Assembly: GCA_934182615.1 (NCBI GenBank)
Contig: CAKPRO010000010.1
Span: forward strand, 2,494 to 66,493
DNA length: 64,000 bases
Direction: 5' to 3'
Source: an uncultured Bacilli bacterium
GTDB taxonomy: Bacteria > Bacillota_I > Bacilli_A > RF39 > UBA660
This document shows positions 16,335 to 25,415 of this stretch, one piece after another. Within the stretch, counting starts at the first letter, position 1. Every line of letters begins with the position of its first letter. Under the pieces are notes generated by a model that had not been told where the DNA came from, did no database searches, and saw only the letters and a list, made by a program, of their open reading frames with translations. Both the position numbers and the translations under genes were made by a program.

Positions 16335-17570
16335 CTAATATGGCAATCTTATTGTTACTTTTGTTCCTTTATTTGGTTCTGATGTAAATAATAACTCTCC
16401 ATCATGAGACTTTATTATCTCATTTGATAAGGCTACTCCTAATCCAGTACCATTCTGTTTAGTAGTATAAAACATTTCTTTGATACGATTTAATGTTTCT
16501 TCATCCATACCTATACCATTATCTTCAATTAATATGTCTAGATAGTTTTTATATAAATTGGAAGATATTTCTATTTTACCATTTTCTGTGCAGGCTTCGT
16601 AAGCATTCTTTAGCATATTGATAATTACTTGTTTTAATCTTTCATAATCTCCTGAGAAATAGATTTCTTGATCATTGCGAGAGTTATATTCTAACTTTAT
16701 TTTTTTATTAGTCATAAGTATTTTGAAGGAATCATAAACATCGTCTAATAGACAATTTAAATCTATTTGCTCTTTTACTACTTTAATTTTATTATATTCA
16801 ACAAAATCACTTATAATATTTAGGCTTCTATTTATTTCTTGTTTCATTATGTTAATATATTTTAAAGCTTTTTCTTCTTTATTTAAGTCAATCATATCTA
16901 GATAGCCTTTGCAGACTGCTAATGGATTTTTTATTTCATGAGTTAATTTAAATAAGGCATCTTTTATCTTTTTATCTTTTTCTAGCATTTTAATCGTAGT
17001 ATTTAATGATTCTATTTTATCCATTACTTTAAATAAATATAATATGGAAAAAGTAGTAAAATAATAGATAAATACTATTATTAGAAGTAATATAAAATCA
17101 TTTACTGATACTTTGATATCTTTAAAGAAATATTCAAATGATAGAAAGAAGCCTTGAATTATGGCTGTTGATAATATAAATGAACCACTGCTGAGATTCT
17201 TTTTTCTAGCACATAAATATAACACTAAATATGATATATATTTTATTATCATTATAGTTACTTCTACATTTAGTATATAATAGCTATATAAAACATTTAT
17301 GATTGATAAGAATATACCTAAATAATGTTTTTTCTTCATATAGGCTATTACTATTGGTATATTACAAAATAATAATACTTTGGTATTTACTTCACTAGGA
17401 ATATATTTTAAACATAAATATAATGATGTAATTAGTGCTATTGTTAATAATGTATCTTTATTACTATTGTTTATGTTTTCTCGATAACAAACTAAAACTA
17501 AATATATTAAAATAGGAAAAGTAATTAATATTAAATTTAATATTATATCTTTTATTATATATAAATTCAT
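16335..17570 (-). CDS. Orphan multi-TM sensor histidine kinase (HisKA + HATPase_c)
   Basis: H-box LTHEIKNPL; N, G1 and G2 boxes (NMLKNAYEA, DNGIGM, GTGLGV); about 5-6 N-terminal TM helices; no adjacent response regulator. Confidence 0.85.
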   Translation of the reverse strand: MNLYIIKDIILNLILITFPILIYLVLVCYRENINNSNKDTLLTIALITSLYLCLKYIPSEVNTKVLLFCNIPIVIAYMKKKHYLGIFLSIINVLYSYYILNVEVTIMIIKYISYLVLYLCARKKNLSSGSFILSTAIIQGFFLSFEYFFKDIKVSVNDFILLLIIVFIYYFTTFSILYLFKVMDKIESLNTTIKMLEKDKKIKDALFKLTHEIKNPLAVCKGYLDMIDLNKEEKALKYINIMKQEINRSLNIISDFVEYNKIKVVKEQIDLNCLLDDVYDSFKILMTNKKIKLEYNSRNDQEIYFSGDYERLKQVIINMLKNAYEACTENGKIEISSNLYKNYLDILIEDNGIGMDEETLNRIKEMFYTTKQNGTGLGVALSNEIIKSHDGELLFTSEPNKGTKVTIRLPY

Positions 17571-17605
17571 TTTACCACCTTCGATATAATTATACGACTT
17601 TGTTT

Positions 17606-17632
17606 TGTCGAATTTTGTCGAATTAAGTCGAA
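17606..17632 (+). promoter_or_regulatory. Three phased Spo0A-box-like heptamers
   Basis: TGTCGAA (17606-17612), TGTCGAA (17616-17622) and AGTCGAA (17626-17632) are exactly 10 bp apart. They lie 36-62 nt upstream of the kinase ATG and next to a TATAAT (17589-17594, minus strand). Confidence 0.45.
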
Positions 17633-17672
17633 AAAAAGAACTTATTGTAATTTTTTGTAATTATATAAGTTC

Positions 17673-17999
17673 TTATTTTAATTCATCTATATATTTTTTT
17701 AATTTTTTAGCGTCCGCTCCTAGGATTATTTTTAATTGATCATCTATTTCAACAACACCTTTAGCTCCTAATTTCAGAATTCCTTCTTTATTAGCTTTGG
17801 TTATATCTTTTAGTGTTACTTTGAATCTAGACATTTCTACTTCGGTATCAAGGATATTATCTTTACCTCCTAGTAACTCTACTAATTTATTAAATTCCAA
17901 TTTGATATTTTTCTTATTCATTTTTACAATAGCAAAGGCTATTATTAATAGGACTGCTATTATAATTATATATTGATATAATTCCACTTTATCTTCCAC
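17673..17999 (-). CDS. Membrane-anchored stand-alone PTS EIIB-like domain protein lacking the phospho-Cys
   Basis: LGGKDNILDTEVEMSRFKV...GAKGVVEIDDQLKIILG aligns to glucose-class EIIB (LGGKxNI...CxTRLR), with Glu in place of the active-site Cys. N-terminal TM helix. Confidence 0.55.
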   Translation of the reverse strand: MEDKVELYQYIIIIAVLLIIAFAIVKMNKKNIKLEFNKLVELLGGKDNILDTEVEMSRFKVTLKDITKANKEGILKLGAKGVVEIDDQLKIILGADAKKLKKYIDELK

Positions 18000-18057
18000 C
18001 TCTATTTTATTATACTATTTTTTTTCATATATGACAAGTGCTATTTTGATGTGGTTA

Positions 18058-18101
18058 AAATTAACTATGAGTTACTTATAAGTTAACTTTTAATTACTTA
18101 A
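18058..18101 (+). promoter_or_regulatory. Four tandem 11-bp imperfect repeats upstream of agrB (candidate LytTR operator)
   Basis: aaATTAACTAt, gaGTTACTTAt, aaGTTAACTTt and taATTACTTAa. The block ends about 80 nt upstream of the agrB ATG. Confidence 0.3.
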
Positions 18102-18179
18102 TAATTTTTGTTATATTAATTTACTTTCTTTTATTTTTTTTACTCTTAAAAATGATATACTTTGTTTGTAGGTAAAAGC

Positions 18180-18788
18180 ATGAGACAAGAGATTTTAGAT
18201 AAAGCTATTTATAGTATTAGAAAAAAATATCCTGATTACAATGACGAAAAGTTAGAGGAAATTAGTTATGGACTTGAAGCTTTATATATCACTTTTACGA
18301 AAACAGTTGTCATATTTGGCGTTGCATATATTCTTGGTATTATTAAAAATGTTATAGGTATATTATTATCATATAATTTAATTAGAACTACTGCCTTTGG
18401 TATGCATGCAAAAAAAAGTTGGCATTGTTATATCATATCAGGAGCACTTTTTATAGGGACTGCTGCTGTATGTAAATATTTTGATATTAGTGTATATATA
18501 AAATATATTATTAGCGTTATAGCATTCATTACTATTGTAATATATGCTCCTGCTGATACATATAAACGACCACTAATAAATAAATATAAAAGAAGAAATT
18601 ATAAGATTATAACAATTATATTAAGTTCTATGTACTTAATATTCATAATATTACTAAAAAATAGTATTATTAGTTCATACTTATGTTTTGGACTACTAGA
18701 TGCAAGTTTGATGATCCATCCTTTAGTTTATAGGATGTTTCAATTGCCATACAATAACTATAAGAACTATGATGTTACTTATAATTAG
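18180..18788 (+). CDS. agrB: AgrB-type autoinducing-peptide processing membrane protease
   Basis: Multi-TM protein with the conserved His/Cys region RTTAFGMHAKKSWHCYIIS. The start was moved to ATG 18180. Confidence 0.85.
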   Translation: MRQEILDKAIYSIRKKYPDYNDEKLEEISYGLEALYITFTKTVVIFGVAYILGIIKNVIGILLSYNLIRTTAFGMHAKKSWHCYIISGALFIGTAAVCKYFDISVYIKYIISVIAFITIVIYAPADTYKRPLINKYKRRNYKIITIILSSMYLIFIILLKNSIISSYLCFGLLDASLMIHPLVYRMFQLPYNNYKNYDVTYN

Positions 18789-18819
18789 TATGGAATAAAT
18801 ATAGTTTGGAGGAATTAAA

Positions 18820-18933
18820 ATGTTAGCAAGATTATTAAGTTGGATCGGTTCTCTATCTGCTGGTGCAGGTACAAAAGCATGTGTTTTATGGTTTACAGAC
18901 GAACCAAAAATGCCTAAAAGTTTATTAAAATAG
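18820..18933 (+). CDS. agrD: AgrD-type autoinducing peptide precursor (37 aa)
   Basis: ATG lies 5 nt after GGAGGA (tggaggaattaaaATG), 32 nt after the agrB stop. Reads MLARLLSWIGSLSAGAGTKACVLWFTDEPKMPKSLLK: amphipathic leader, Cys-x4 core, then an acidic/Pro C-terminal recognition tail. Not in the ORF track. Confidence 0.7.
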   Translation: MLARLLSWIGSLSAGAGTKACVLWFTDEPKMPKSLLK

Positions 18934-18961
18934 AACGTACTTAAATCAATTCTTTAACTAG

Positions 18962-19000
18962 AAAAGGAATCATACTGCAAGCGATTCCTTTTTTATTTTA
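18962..19000. terminator. Bidirectional terminator between agrD and the convergent kinase gene
   Basis: 10-bp stem aaaaggaatc/gattcctttt (18962-18992) flanked by an A run on the left and T runs on the right. Confidence 0.6.
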
Positions 19001-20288
19001 CCTTTATAGTTTGTATATATAATTTATCAGTAATTTTTGTTTCTGAAGTTATACGATTATTTTCGTTTAAAATTCTTTTAACTAATAATAATCCATGACC
19101 TCTATTTTTACCTTTAGTACTATATTTTTCTTTACCTACTTTTTCTTCGTCAACTTTATAGTTATAACTGTTTGATATTATTATTTTAATAATATCATTT
19201 ACCAAATATATTTCTAAGCCTATTTGTTTATCTTCACATACTGATGCAGCTTCGATAGCATTATCCATATATACACCAATAATTCTTGTTAAATCTTTAA
19301 AATCTCTTGTTTTCATTTTTTCTAATTGACTATTTTCAATTTGCTTAGAAATATTTAATGATACTTTTATATCTTTTTGTTCTGCTTCAAGAAATTTATA
19401 ATATAAAAATCCTTTTAAACCATTAGATGGTAAATATTTGAACTTAGAAAACTTGGCACTTTTGATGCTTTTCTTATCACCAATAATACTATCTACATAT
19501 TCACACAAATCCTTATCTTTCTTGTCAGATAATTTACTTCTTATGGTTAATAATTCATTTTTGGTTTCATGATTTATTGTTCTTTGTTCTTCAATATCAC
19601 TTTCGTAATCTCTCATTACAGTTAGCAAATCGTCATATTTTTTAAACATTGTCTCATTATCTATTTTTTGTTTGAATAGATAAAATAATATTGCAATTAA
19701 CGTTGCTATTACTAATAAGTACATTATAATACTATTATCTCTTCTGTAATTATTAATTAGATTATAAAAGAAAATTGTTATAGTTATTAATGTCAATAGA
19801 GAAACACCAACTATTTTCATATTTCCCGATAATTTATAATTGATTATTTTCTTTAATGGCTTTCTTAATAAATAGATTAACACTATAAGTAAAACACTAA
19901 CTATCAAATTTCCTAATATACTTCCGGCAAAAGTTGAATAATAATATTCTTTACTTATTCCCAGAATTCTTATTGAAAACATTAATACAAATAAATCTGG
20001 TACTAGTGTTAAAAGAGCATATATTATTGTTGAAAAGAATGACTTTAAATATCCAATGTTAAAGCAAAATTTAATTAATATAAAATATGCTAAACAAGTG
20101 AATAATGTCTTTTCAGTGCCTTCTAGAAATATAAAGAAGACAGTATTCAAAATACAAACTAAAATGAATATTATTATATCTTTATATGACTTTTTTAATT
20201 TACCATCATTAAAGATTATTACTCCGTAAGCATAAACAGAAACTATTAATGCTGCACAACTAAAAAATGTCTTCAAAACTTCCAACAC
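18993..20288 (-). CDS. AgrC-like sensor histidine kinase (multi-TM, GHKL ATPase)
   Basis: About 6 TM helices, then an HPK10-type catalytic region (INHETKNEL, NAIEA, GHGLLLV). Overlaps the upstream LytTR regulator gene. Confidence 0.8.
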   Translation of the reverse strand: MLEVLKTFFSCAALIVSVYAYGVIIFNDGKLKKSYKDIIIFILVCILNTVFFIFLEGTEKTLFTCLAYFILIKFCFNIGYLKSFFSTIIYALLTLVPDLFVLMFSIRILGISKEYYYSTFAGSILGNLIVSVLLIVLIYLLRKPLKKIINYKLSGNMKIVGVSLLTLITITIFFYNLINNYRRDNSIIMYLLVIATLIAILFYLFKQKIDNETMFKKYDDLLTVMRDYESDIEEQRTINHETKNELLTIRSKLSDKKDKDLCEYVDSIIGDKKSIKSAKFSKFKYLPSNGLKGFLYYKFLEAEQKDIKVSLNISKQIENSQLEKMKTRDFKDLTRIIGVYMDNAIEAASVCEDKQIGLEIYLVNDIIKIIISNSYNYKVDEEKVGKEKYSTKGKNRGHGLLLVKRILNENNRITSETKITDKLYIQTIKVK

Positions 20289-20997
20289 GTTTCCTCAACT
20301 CCTTTCTACAAGCAGAGCTAAGCAATGTTGTTGAATCATTGTTTTTGAAATGAATAGTAAACTTTGCGTATTCTACTTTGCTTATGTTTTCTAGATTTAC
20401 TATACATGATTTGTGAGTCCTCAAAAATAGAGGTGACAATTCTTGTTCTAGACTGGTTATTGTTCTTTTTGTATATTTTGGTTTGTCGTTAATAAAATGA
20501 ATTATACATCTTGCAGCAGCAGGATCTTTTTCTATATATGTTATGTTTCTATATAGAACCCTGTGAGCTGTATGATTATATGTAAAATCTAGTGTTTTAT
20601 TTCTAACCATTCTATCTAATATATAGATTAGTGTTTCTTCAACTCTTAATTGATATTTATGACCTTTTTCTATGTAATCAATAGCTTCGAGTCTAGAATA
20701 AAATATATCATTTTTACATTCAGGATGTATTGTTACAAAAACGATATCGCTTCGTTCGTCATCTTCTCTTATTTCTGAAGCTATTTCTAAACCTCCAATT
20801 GTGGGTAATTCAACATCTAACAGATATATTTTTCTGTCAAATGGTTCTTTGATGATTTTATGTAATTCCTCATCATATTTTTGAAATTTATGAATTTTGT
20901 ATTCAATGTCATCATATTTCATCATGGCCTTGTTAATTGTTTGTACTGCAATATTTAATTCTTCTATATTATCTTCGCATACTATAAATTTAAGCAT
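20260..20997 (-). CDS. AgrA-like response regulator, receiver + LytTR DNA-binding domain
   Basis: Receiver with CEDN and LLDVELP (phospho-Asp). The C-terminal LytTR region reads FLRTHKSCIVNLENI. Confidence 0.85.
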   Translation of the reverse strand: MLKFIVCEDNIEELNIAVQTINKAMMKYDDIEYKIHKFQKYDEELHKIIKEPFDRKIYLLDVELPTIGGLEIASEIREDDERSDIVFVTIHPECKNDIFYSRLEAIDYIEKGHKYQLRVEETLIYILDRMVRNKTLDFTYNHTAHRVLYRNITYIEKDPAAARCIIHFINDKPKYTKRTITSLEQELSPLFLRTHKSCIVNLENISKVEYAKFTIHFKNNDSTTLLSSACRKELRKRVGSFEDIF

Positions 20998-21028
20998 TTC
21001 TATCTTCCTTCCAATATACTAATAATTT

Positions 21029-23011
21029 TTATTTACTGCAAACACCTTTTAACTCTTTTATTAAATTGTATGAAATGATATCATTAGATACTTCTATTAT
21101 TTCTGTTGCATAGTCAGCTCGACTTTTTATATAATCTTCGCTAACAGCCTCATTTGTTATTGCGTATATTTCTGATTTTGGAGCATTGTAATATATTTTT
21201 GATGTTAAATATGAACCATCTACAAATACTACAGTATTATCACCATCCTTTATATTAAAGATATCTTTCCCTATTTGGTAATCACTATGTATTCCTAACA
21301 TATTTCCGATTGTAGGCAATGCATCTATCATTCCAGTTGGTACATCTACTACTATATTATATTTTTTGTCTTTTGTCCATATTATAAATGGAACTTTTCG
21401 ATCTAATTCATAATTATATGAATTATATGGTACATATCCTTCATCTTTTTCTGTTTTTATTTTATCTTCTACTGGATCATAATTATAAAGTAAATTAAAA
21501 TCATTAAAACTTAACCTTGCATCATGATCACCATAAATTATTAAAACTGTATCCTCAAGCAATCCTTCTTCATCTAACTTATCAACAAATTCCCCAATAG
21601 CAGAATCGGCATAATGAACAGATCTAAGGTAATTATTCATTACTGTTCCTTCTAAGTAATTTCTTGTTATTGTCTTATTACCAGCATCTATGGATATACT
21701 TGTATTAAACTCATCCATCAACTCTAAATCGTCAAATGGAGTGTGATTTGATAGCATTATCAATAAGCCGTAATAAGGCGGGCCTGTACTTTCTTTTATT
21801 TCTTTGATTTTTTCTACCGACTGACTAAAGAACGATCTATCTGATAAGCCTAAGCCTATAGTTTCGTCTATAACATATGAATCTTTGCTATAAAAGTGAT
21901 CATAGCCAAGAGCTTTATACATATTGTTTCTATTCCAAAACTCTCCAGTATTGGCATGCATACTAAATGTATAATATCCTTTATCTTTTAATAAACTAGG
22001 AACTGCTACATAATCTCTATCAAAGTAGTTAACAAATGCTGTTCCTTTTGTCGAAGGCATTAATGACGTATTGAAAGTAAATTCGCTATCACTGCTTGTT
22101 CCCACTCCTACTTCTGAATAAAAGTTATTAAAGAATATTCCTTCTTTTGCTAGTCTGTTCAAATTAGGAGTTACTTCTTTATCATTAAATTTTAAATTCA
22201 TAGGAAAAGTTTGCATACTTTCAGCATGTATTACTATTACGTTTTTTCCTTCAAATATGTTTGTATATTCGTTTTCTATTTTTTGATATTTGTTTTCTTT
22301 GTAAAAATCAGTTACTTTTTTTAATGCTTCGTCGTGACCAAACATACTATTAATTTTTGGGGTTAAACTTTGAATAAAGTCGTCTAATTGATATATGTAT
22401 ATACCAAAATTCATAACAACTGATTCTCTATTCCAAAGTTTATATAATCTGCCCCAGGCATTTAAAGGCATTGTTAATGCTCCCATGACAAAAATAATTA
22501 TAGATGTTAATAATATTTTTTTTATTATTCCCTTCTTTTTTTCTCTTATTTTTATTAGTTTTTTCTTTGTTAATAATTTATAAGATATATACATAACGAA
22601 AGGACACCATAAATATACCAGATCAGATATTTTTAAAACATTCTTAAAAATTGCATCACTTACATCACTAGCAAATGTTATATTTGTTAATATTGATAAT
22701 GATGCATATGAACTATAATAATGATAATATACACTATTTACTATACAAACTATCGTTAACAATATAGTTATACTCATATAATAGTATATTTTTTTGCTTT
22801 TTTTAATAAACAAAGATAGCAGTGCAAGTATATTTAAAAATCCTAAATCCATTAGTAGTGGTGATATTCTCAGTCCATTGTTTACTGTATTTATTCTGAG
22901 TAATAATCCATTTATCAAATTTATGATTATAAATATCATTTCAAGTAAGTAATTATCTTTTATTTGCTCTTTAATATCACTAAACTTTTTTCTTATTTTC
23001 TTTTCATTCAT
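21029..23011 (-). CDS. ltaS: Lipoteichoic acid synthase LtaS-family (sulfatase domain)
   Basis: Five N-terminal TM helices plus an extracellular sulfatase domain (HAESMQ, SNHTPF, YGDHD). Confidence 0.88.
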   Translation of the reverse strand: MNEKKIRKKFSDIKEQIKDNYLLEMIFIIINLINGLLLRINTVNNGLRISPLLMDLGFLNILALLSLFIKKSKKIYYYMSITILLTIVCIVNSVYYHYYSSYASLSILTNITFASDVSDAIFKNVLKISDLVYLWCPFVMYISYKLLTKKKLIKIREKKKGIIKKILLTSIIIFVMGALTMPLNAWGRLYKLWNRESVVMNFGIYIYQLDDFIQSLTPKINSMFGHDEALKKVTDFYKENKYQKIENEYTNIFEGKNVIVIHAESMQTFPMNLKFNDKEVTPNLNRLAKEGIFFNNFYSEVGVGTSSDSEFTFNTSLMPSTKGTAFVNYFDRDYVAVPSLLKDKGYYTFSMHANTGEFWNRNNMYKALGYDHFYSKDSYVIDETIGLGLSDRSFFSQSVEKIKEIKESTGPPYYGLLIMLSNHTPFDDLELMDEFNTSISIDAGNKTITRNYLEGTVMNNYLRSVHYADSAIGEFVDKLDEEGLLEDTVLIIYGDHDARLSFNDFNLLYNYDPVEDKIKTEKDEGYVPYNSYNYELDRKVPFIIWTKDKKYNIVVDVPTGMIDALPTIGNMLGIHSDYQIGKDIFNIKDGDNTVVFVDGSYLTSKIYYNAPKSEIYAITNEAVSEDYIKSRADYATEIIEVSNDIISYNLIKELKGVCSK

Positions 23012-23065
23012 TTATATCACTAAAATAATTGTATCAAATTTCTTATAAAAAATCTATTATTATCA

Positions 23066-23100
23066 ATAAAAAAATAAAAAAAATGTGAATTAATCACATT
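23066..23100 (-). terminator. Rho-independent terminator of rpmE
   Basis: Stem aatgtga/tcacatt (23082-23100), followed on the minus strand by a long T run. Confidence 0.6.
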
Positions 23101-23308
23101 ATTTTTCAGTACTAAAGCCAAATTTTTTATTGAATTTTTCAACTTGTCCTTTTTTAGATCCTAATGTTTGTTTTCCTGTATAGAATGGATGACATTTTGA
23201 ACATACTTCAACTTGAATATTTTCTTCTGTTGATTTTGTTTTAAATGTATTTCCACATGCACATGTTACAGTTGCTTCAACATAATTTGGATGAATATTT
23301 TTTTTCAT
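23099..23308 (-). CDS. rpmE: 50S ribosomal protein L31
   Basis: [22 protein letters not shown]...[10 protein letters not shown]. The start was moved to ATG 23308, after GGAAGGAGAG. Confidence 0.95.
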   Translation of the reverse strand: MKKNIHPNYVEATVTCACGNTFKTKSTEENIQVEVCSKCHPFYTGKQTLGSKKGQVEKFNKKFGFSTEK

Positions 23309-23368
23309 TATTATCTCTCCTTCCGCCATGACACTTGTCATAGTAATAAAATTACATGGTATATTATA

Positions 23369-24049
23369 TCAGTTATTTTCTATTTTTTCAACAATTATTT
23401 GTGAAATTTTTTTATAACCTTCAATATTTGGTATAAAAGTGCCTTTTTTTGAAAAATAAATTGGATTATTATCAAAATAATTTGATAAGTCTATATATGT
23501 AAAATTTCTTTTCACACATTCTTTTTTCAACTTATAATTTGCATAATTGAAAACATCAGAAAATTCACCTGTTACATTATAATAACCAATAATTATTACT
23601 TGCTGATGATGGAATTTATTTATATAATTAAATATTTTTGTATAATCATTTATTAATGTGTCTATATAGCTATATATATTTTGATCTTGTTTAGATAATT
23701 TGTTGTATATTTCACTCATTCCTAGCGATATTGTTATTATATCAGATTCTTTTATTAATCTATTTAGAGAATAATTATCTTTTGTTTCGTTATATGATAA
23801 TATTTTTATAATATCTAAAATTCGATAATCGCTTGATGTGAATGTTTTATTATATTCTTTTAATATCTCATTATCTTTTAAATAGTCTCTTATATAATCA
23901 CTATATCCTTTTGTTATTACTCCGTATTCATTTGTTCCTCTTGATAAAGAGTCTCCTATCACGAGATACGATACTTTTTTATCTATTGTAAAATTGTATA
24001 TAAAATAACATGATAAAAAAAGAATTAATATTAGTAATACTTTCTTCAT
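23369..24049 (-). CDS. SGNH/GDSL-family hydrolase, secreted or membrane-anchored
   Basis: N-terminal signal anchor and block I motif VIGDSLSRG. Confidence 0.7.
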   Translation of the reverse strand: MKKVLLILILFLSCYFIYNFTIDKKVSYLVIGDSLSRGTNEYGVITKGYSDYIRDYLKDNEILKEYNKTFTSSDYRILDIIKILSYNETKDNYSLNRLIKESDIITISLGMSEIYNKLSKQDQNIYSYIDTLINDYTKIFNYINKFHHQQVIIIGYYNVTGEFSDVFNYANYKLKKECVKRNFTYIDLSNYFDNNPIYFSKKGTFIPNIEGYKKISQIIVEKIENN

Positions 24050-24070
24050 ATTTCACCTAATTAAGTATAT

Positions 24071-25321
24071 TTATATTAATTCTATTTTAGCACCTACTTG
24101 TGATAATTTATCACATATATCATCATAACCTCTTAAAATATATTTTATATTATCTATTTGAGTTGTACCATCTGCTATTAAACCACATATTAGCATTGAA
24201 GCTCCACCTCTTAAATCAGTTGCTGTTACATTCTTGCCATGTAAAGGGGTAACTCCTTTAATCTTAGCACACTTATTGTTTTTTACTATAATGTTTGCAC
24301 CCATTCTATTTGTATCGTAAATATTTTGAAATCTATTTTCGTATATAGTTTCTTCAACTATGCTTGTACCACTACATTGTGTAAGAAATGGAATTAGTGG
24401 TTGTTGTAAATCGGTTGGAAAACCGGGATAGGGTTGAGTTTTAATATTTACTGATTTGTATTTTGGACTAGCGTTAATTAATATCTCATCTTCTTCTATT
24501 GTCATATTTACTCCAGCTTCAATTAATTTAGAAGTTAAAGATTCTATATGGGATGGTATTATTTTCTTTATTCTTAGGTTATCTCCTAATAAGGCACCAA
24601 TTATGACATATGTTCCAGCCTCTATGCGATCGGGAATAACTTCATGAAAGGCTTTGTGAAGATATTTTACACCAATTATTGTAATAGTATCTGTTCCAGC
24701 ACCTTTAATGTTTGCACCCATATTATTTAAAAATGTTGCTACATTTACTATTTCTGGTTCTTTTGCTGCATTTTCTATTATGGTTTTACCAGTTGCTTTT
24801 GTGGCTACTAACATAGCATTAATTGTTGCTCCTACGCTAGGCATATCTAAATATATTTTGTTTCCTTTTAATTCCTCTGCTACTATTTTATATCTATTAT
24901 CTTCTTCTATTACGGTAGCGCCAAGTGCTTTATATGCTTTTAATGTTTGATCAATTGGTCTTTCTCCTATTGAACAACCTCCAGGGAAATACATTTCTAC
25001 TTGTTTATATTTTCCCAATAACGATGACATAAAATAATATGATGCTCTAAGTTTTTGAGACATTTCTTCTGGTATTTCTTTATTTACTATCTTACTTGAA
25101 TCAATTACTACTGTACCATTAGTTCTTTGAATATCGGCATTTAAATAAAGTAATATTTCTTCTAGTGAATCTACATCTGATATATTGGGAACGTTATTTA
25201 TTTCTACTGTTTCATCACATAGTATTGCAGCGGGTATTAGGGCTACAACGCTATTCTTTGATCCTGATATTTCTATTGTACCAGAAAGTTTATATCCACC
25301 TTCTATTTTTATTTTTGACAT
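24071..25321 (-). CDS. murA: UDP-N-acetylglucosamine 1-carboxyvinyltransferase
   Basis: Full-length EPSP-synthase fold: GSKNSVVALIPAAIL, the CSIGERPID active-site loop and RGYDD. Confidence 0.95.
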   Translation of the reverse strand: MSKIKIEGGYKLSGTIEISGSKNSVVALIPAAILCDETVEINNVPNISDVDSLEEILLYLNADIQRTNGTVVIDSSKIVNKEIPEEMSQKLRASYYFMSSLLGKYKQVEMYFPGGCSIGERPIDQTLKAYKALGATVIEEDNRYKIVAEELKGNKIYLDMPSVGATINAMLVATKATGKTIIENAAKEPEIVNVATFLNNMGANIKGAGTDTITIIGVKYLHKAFHEVIPDRIEAGTYVIIGALLGDNLRIKKIIPSHIESLTSKLIEAGVNMTIEEDEILINASPKYKSVNIKTQPYPGFPTDLQQPLIPFLTQCSGTSIVEETIYENRFQNIYDTNRMGANIIVKNNKCAKIKGVTPLHGKNVTATDLRGGASMLICGLIADGTTQIDNIKYILRGYDDICDKLSQVGAKIELI

Positions 25322-25415
25322 AATTACTCCTTTCTTAGTTCTTTACTTTATTTTATTCTTTAAAAGAGTATTAGTCAATAATATTTATTTTTTTTTAGTT
25401 TATTTTACATAGTTA

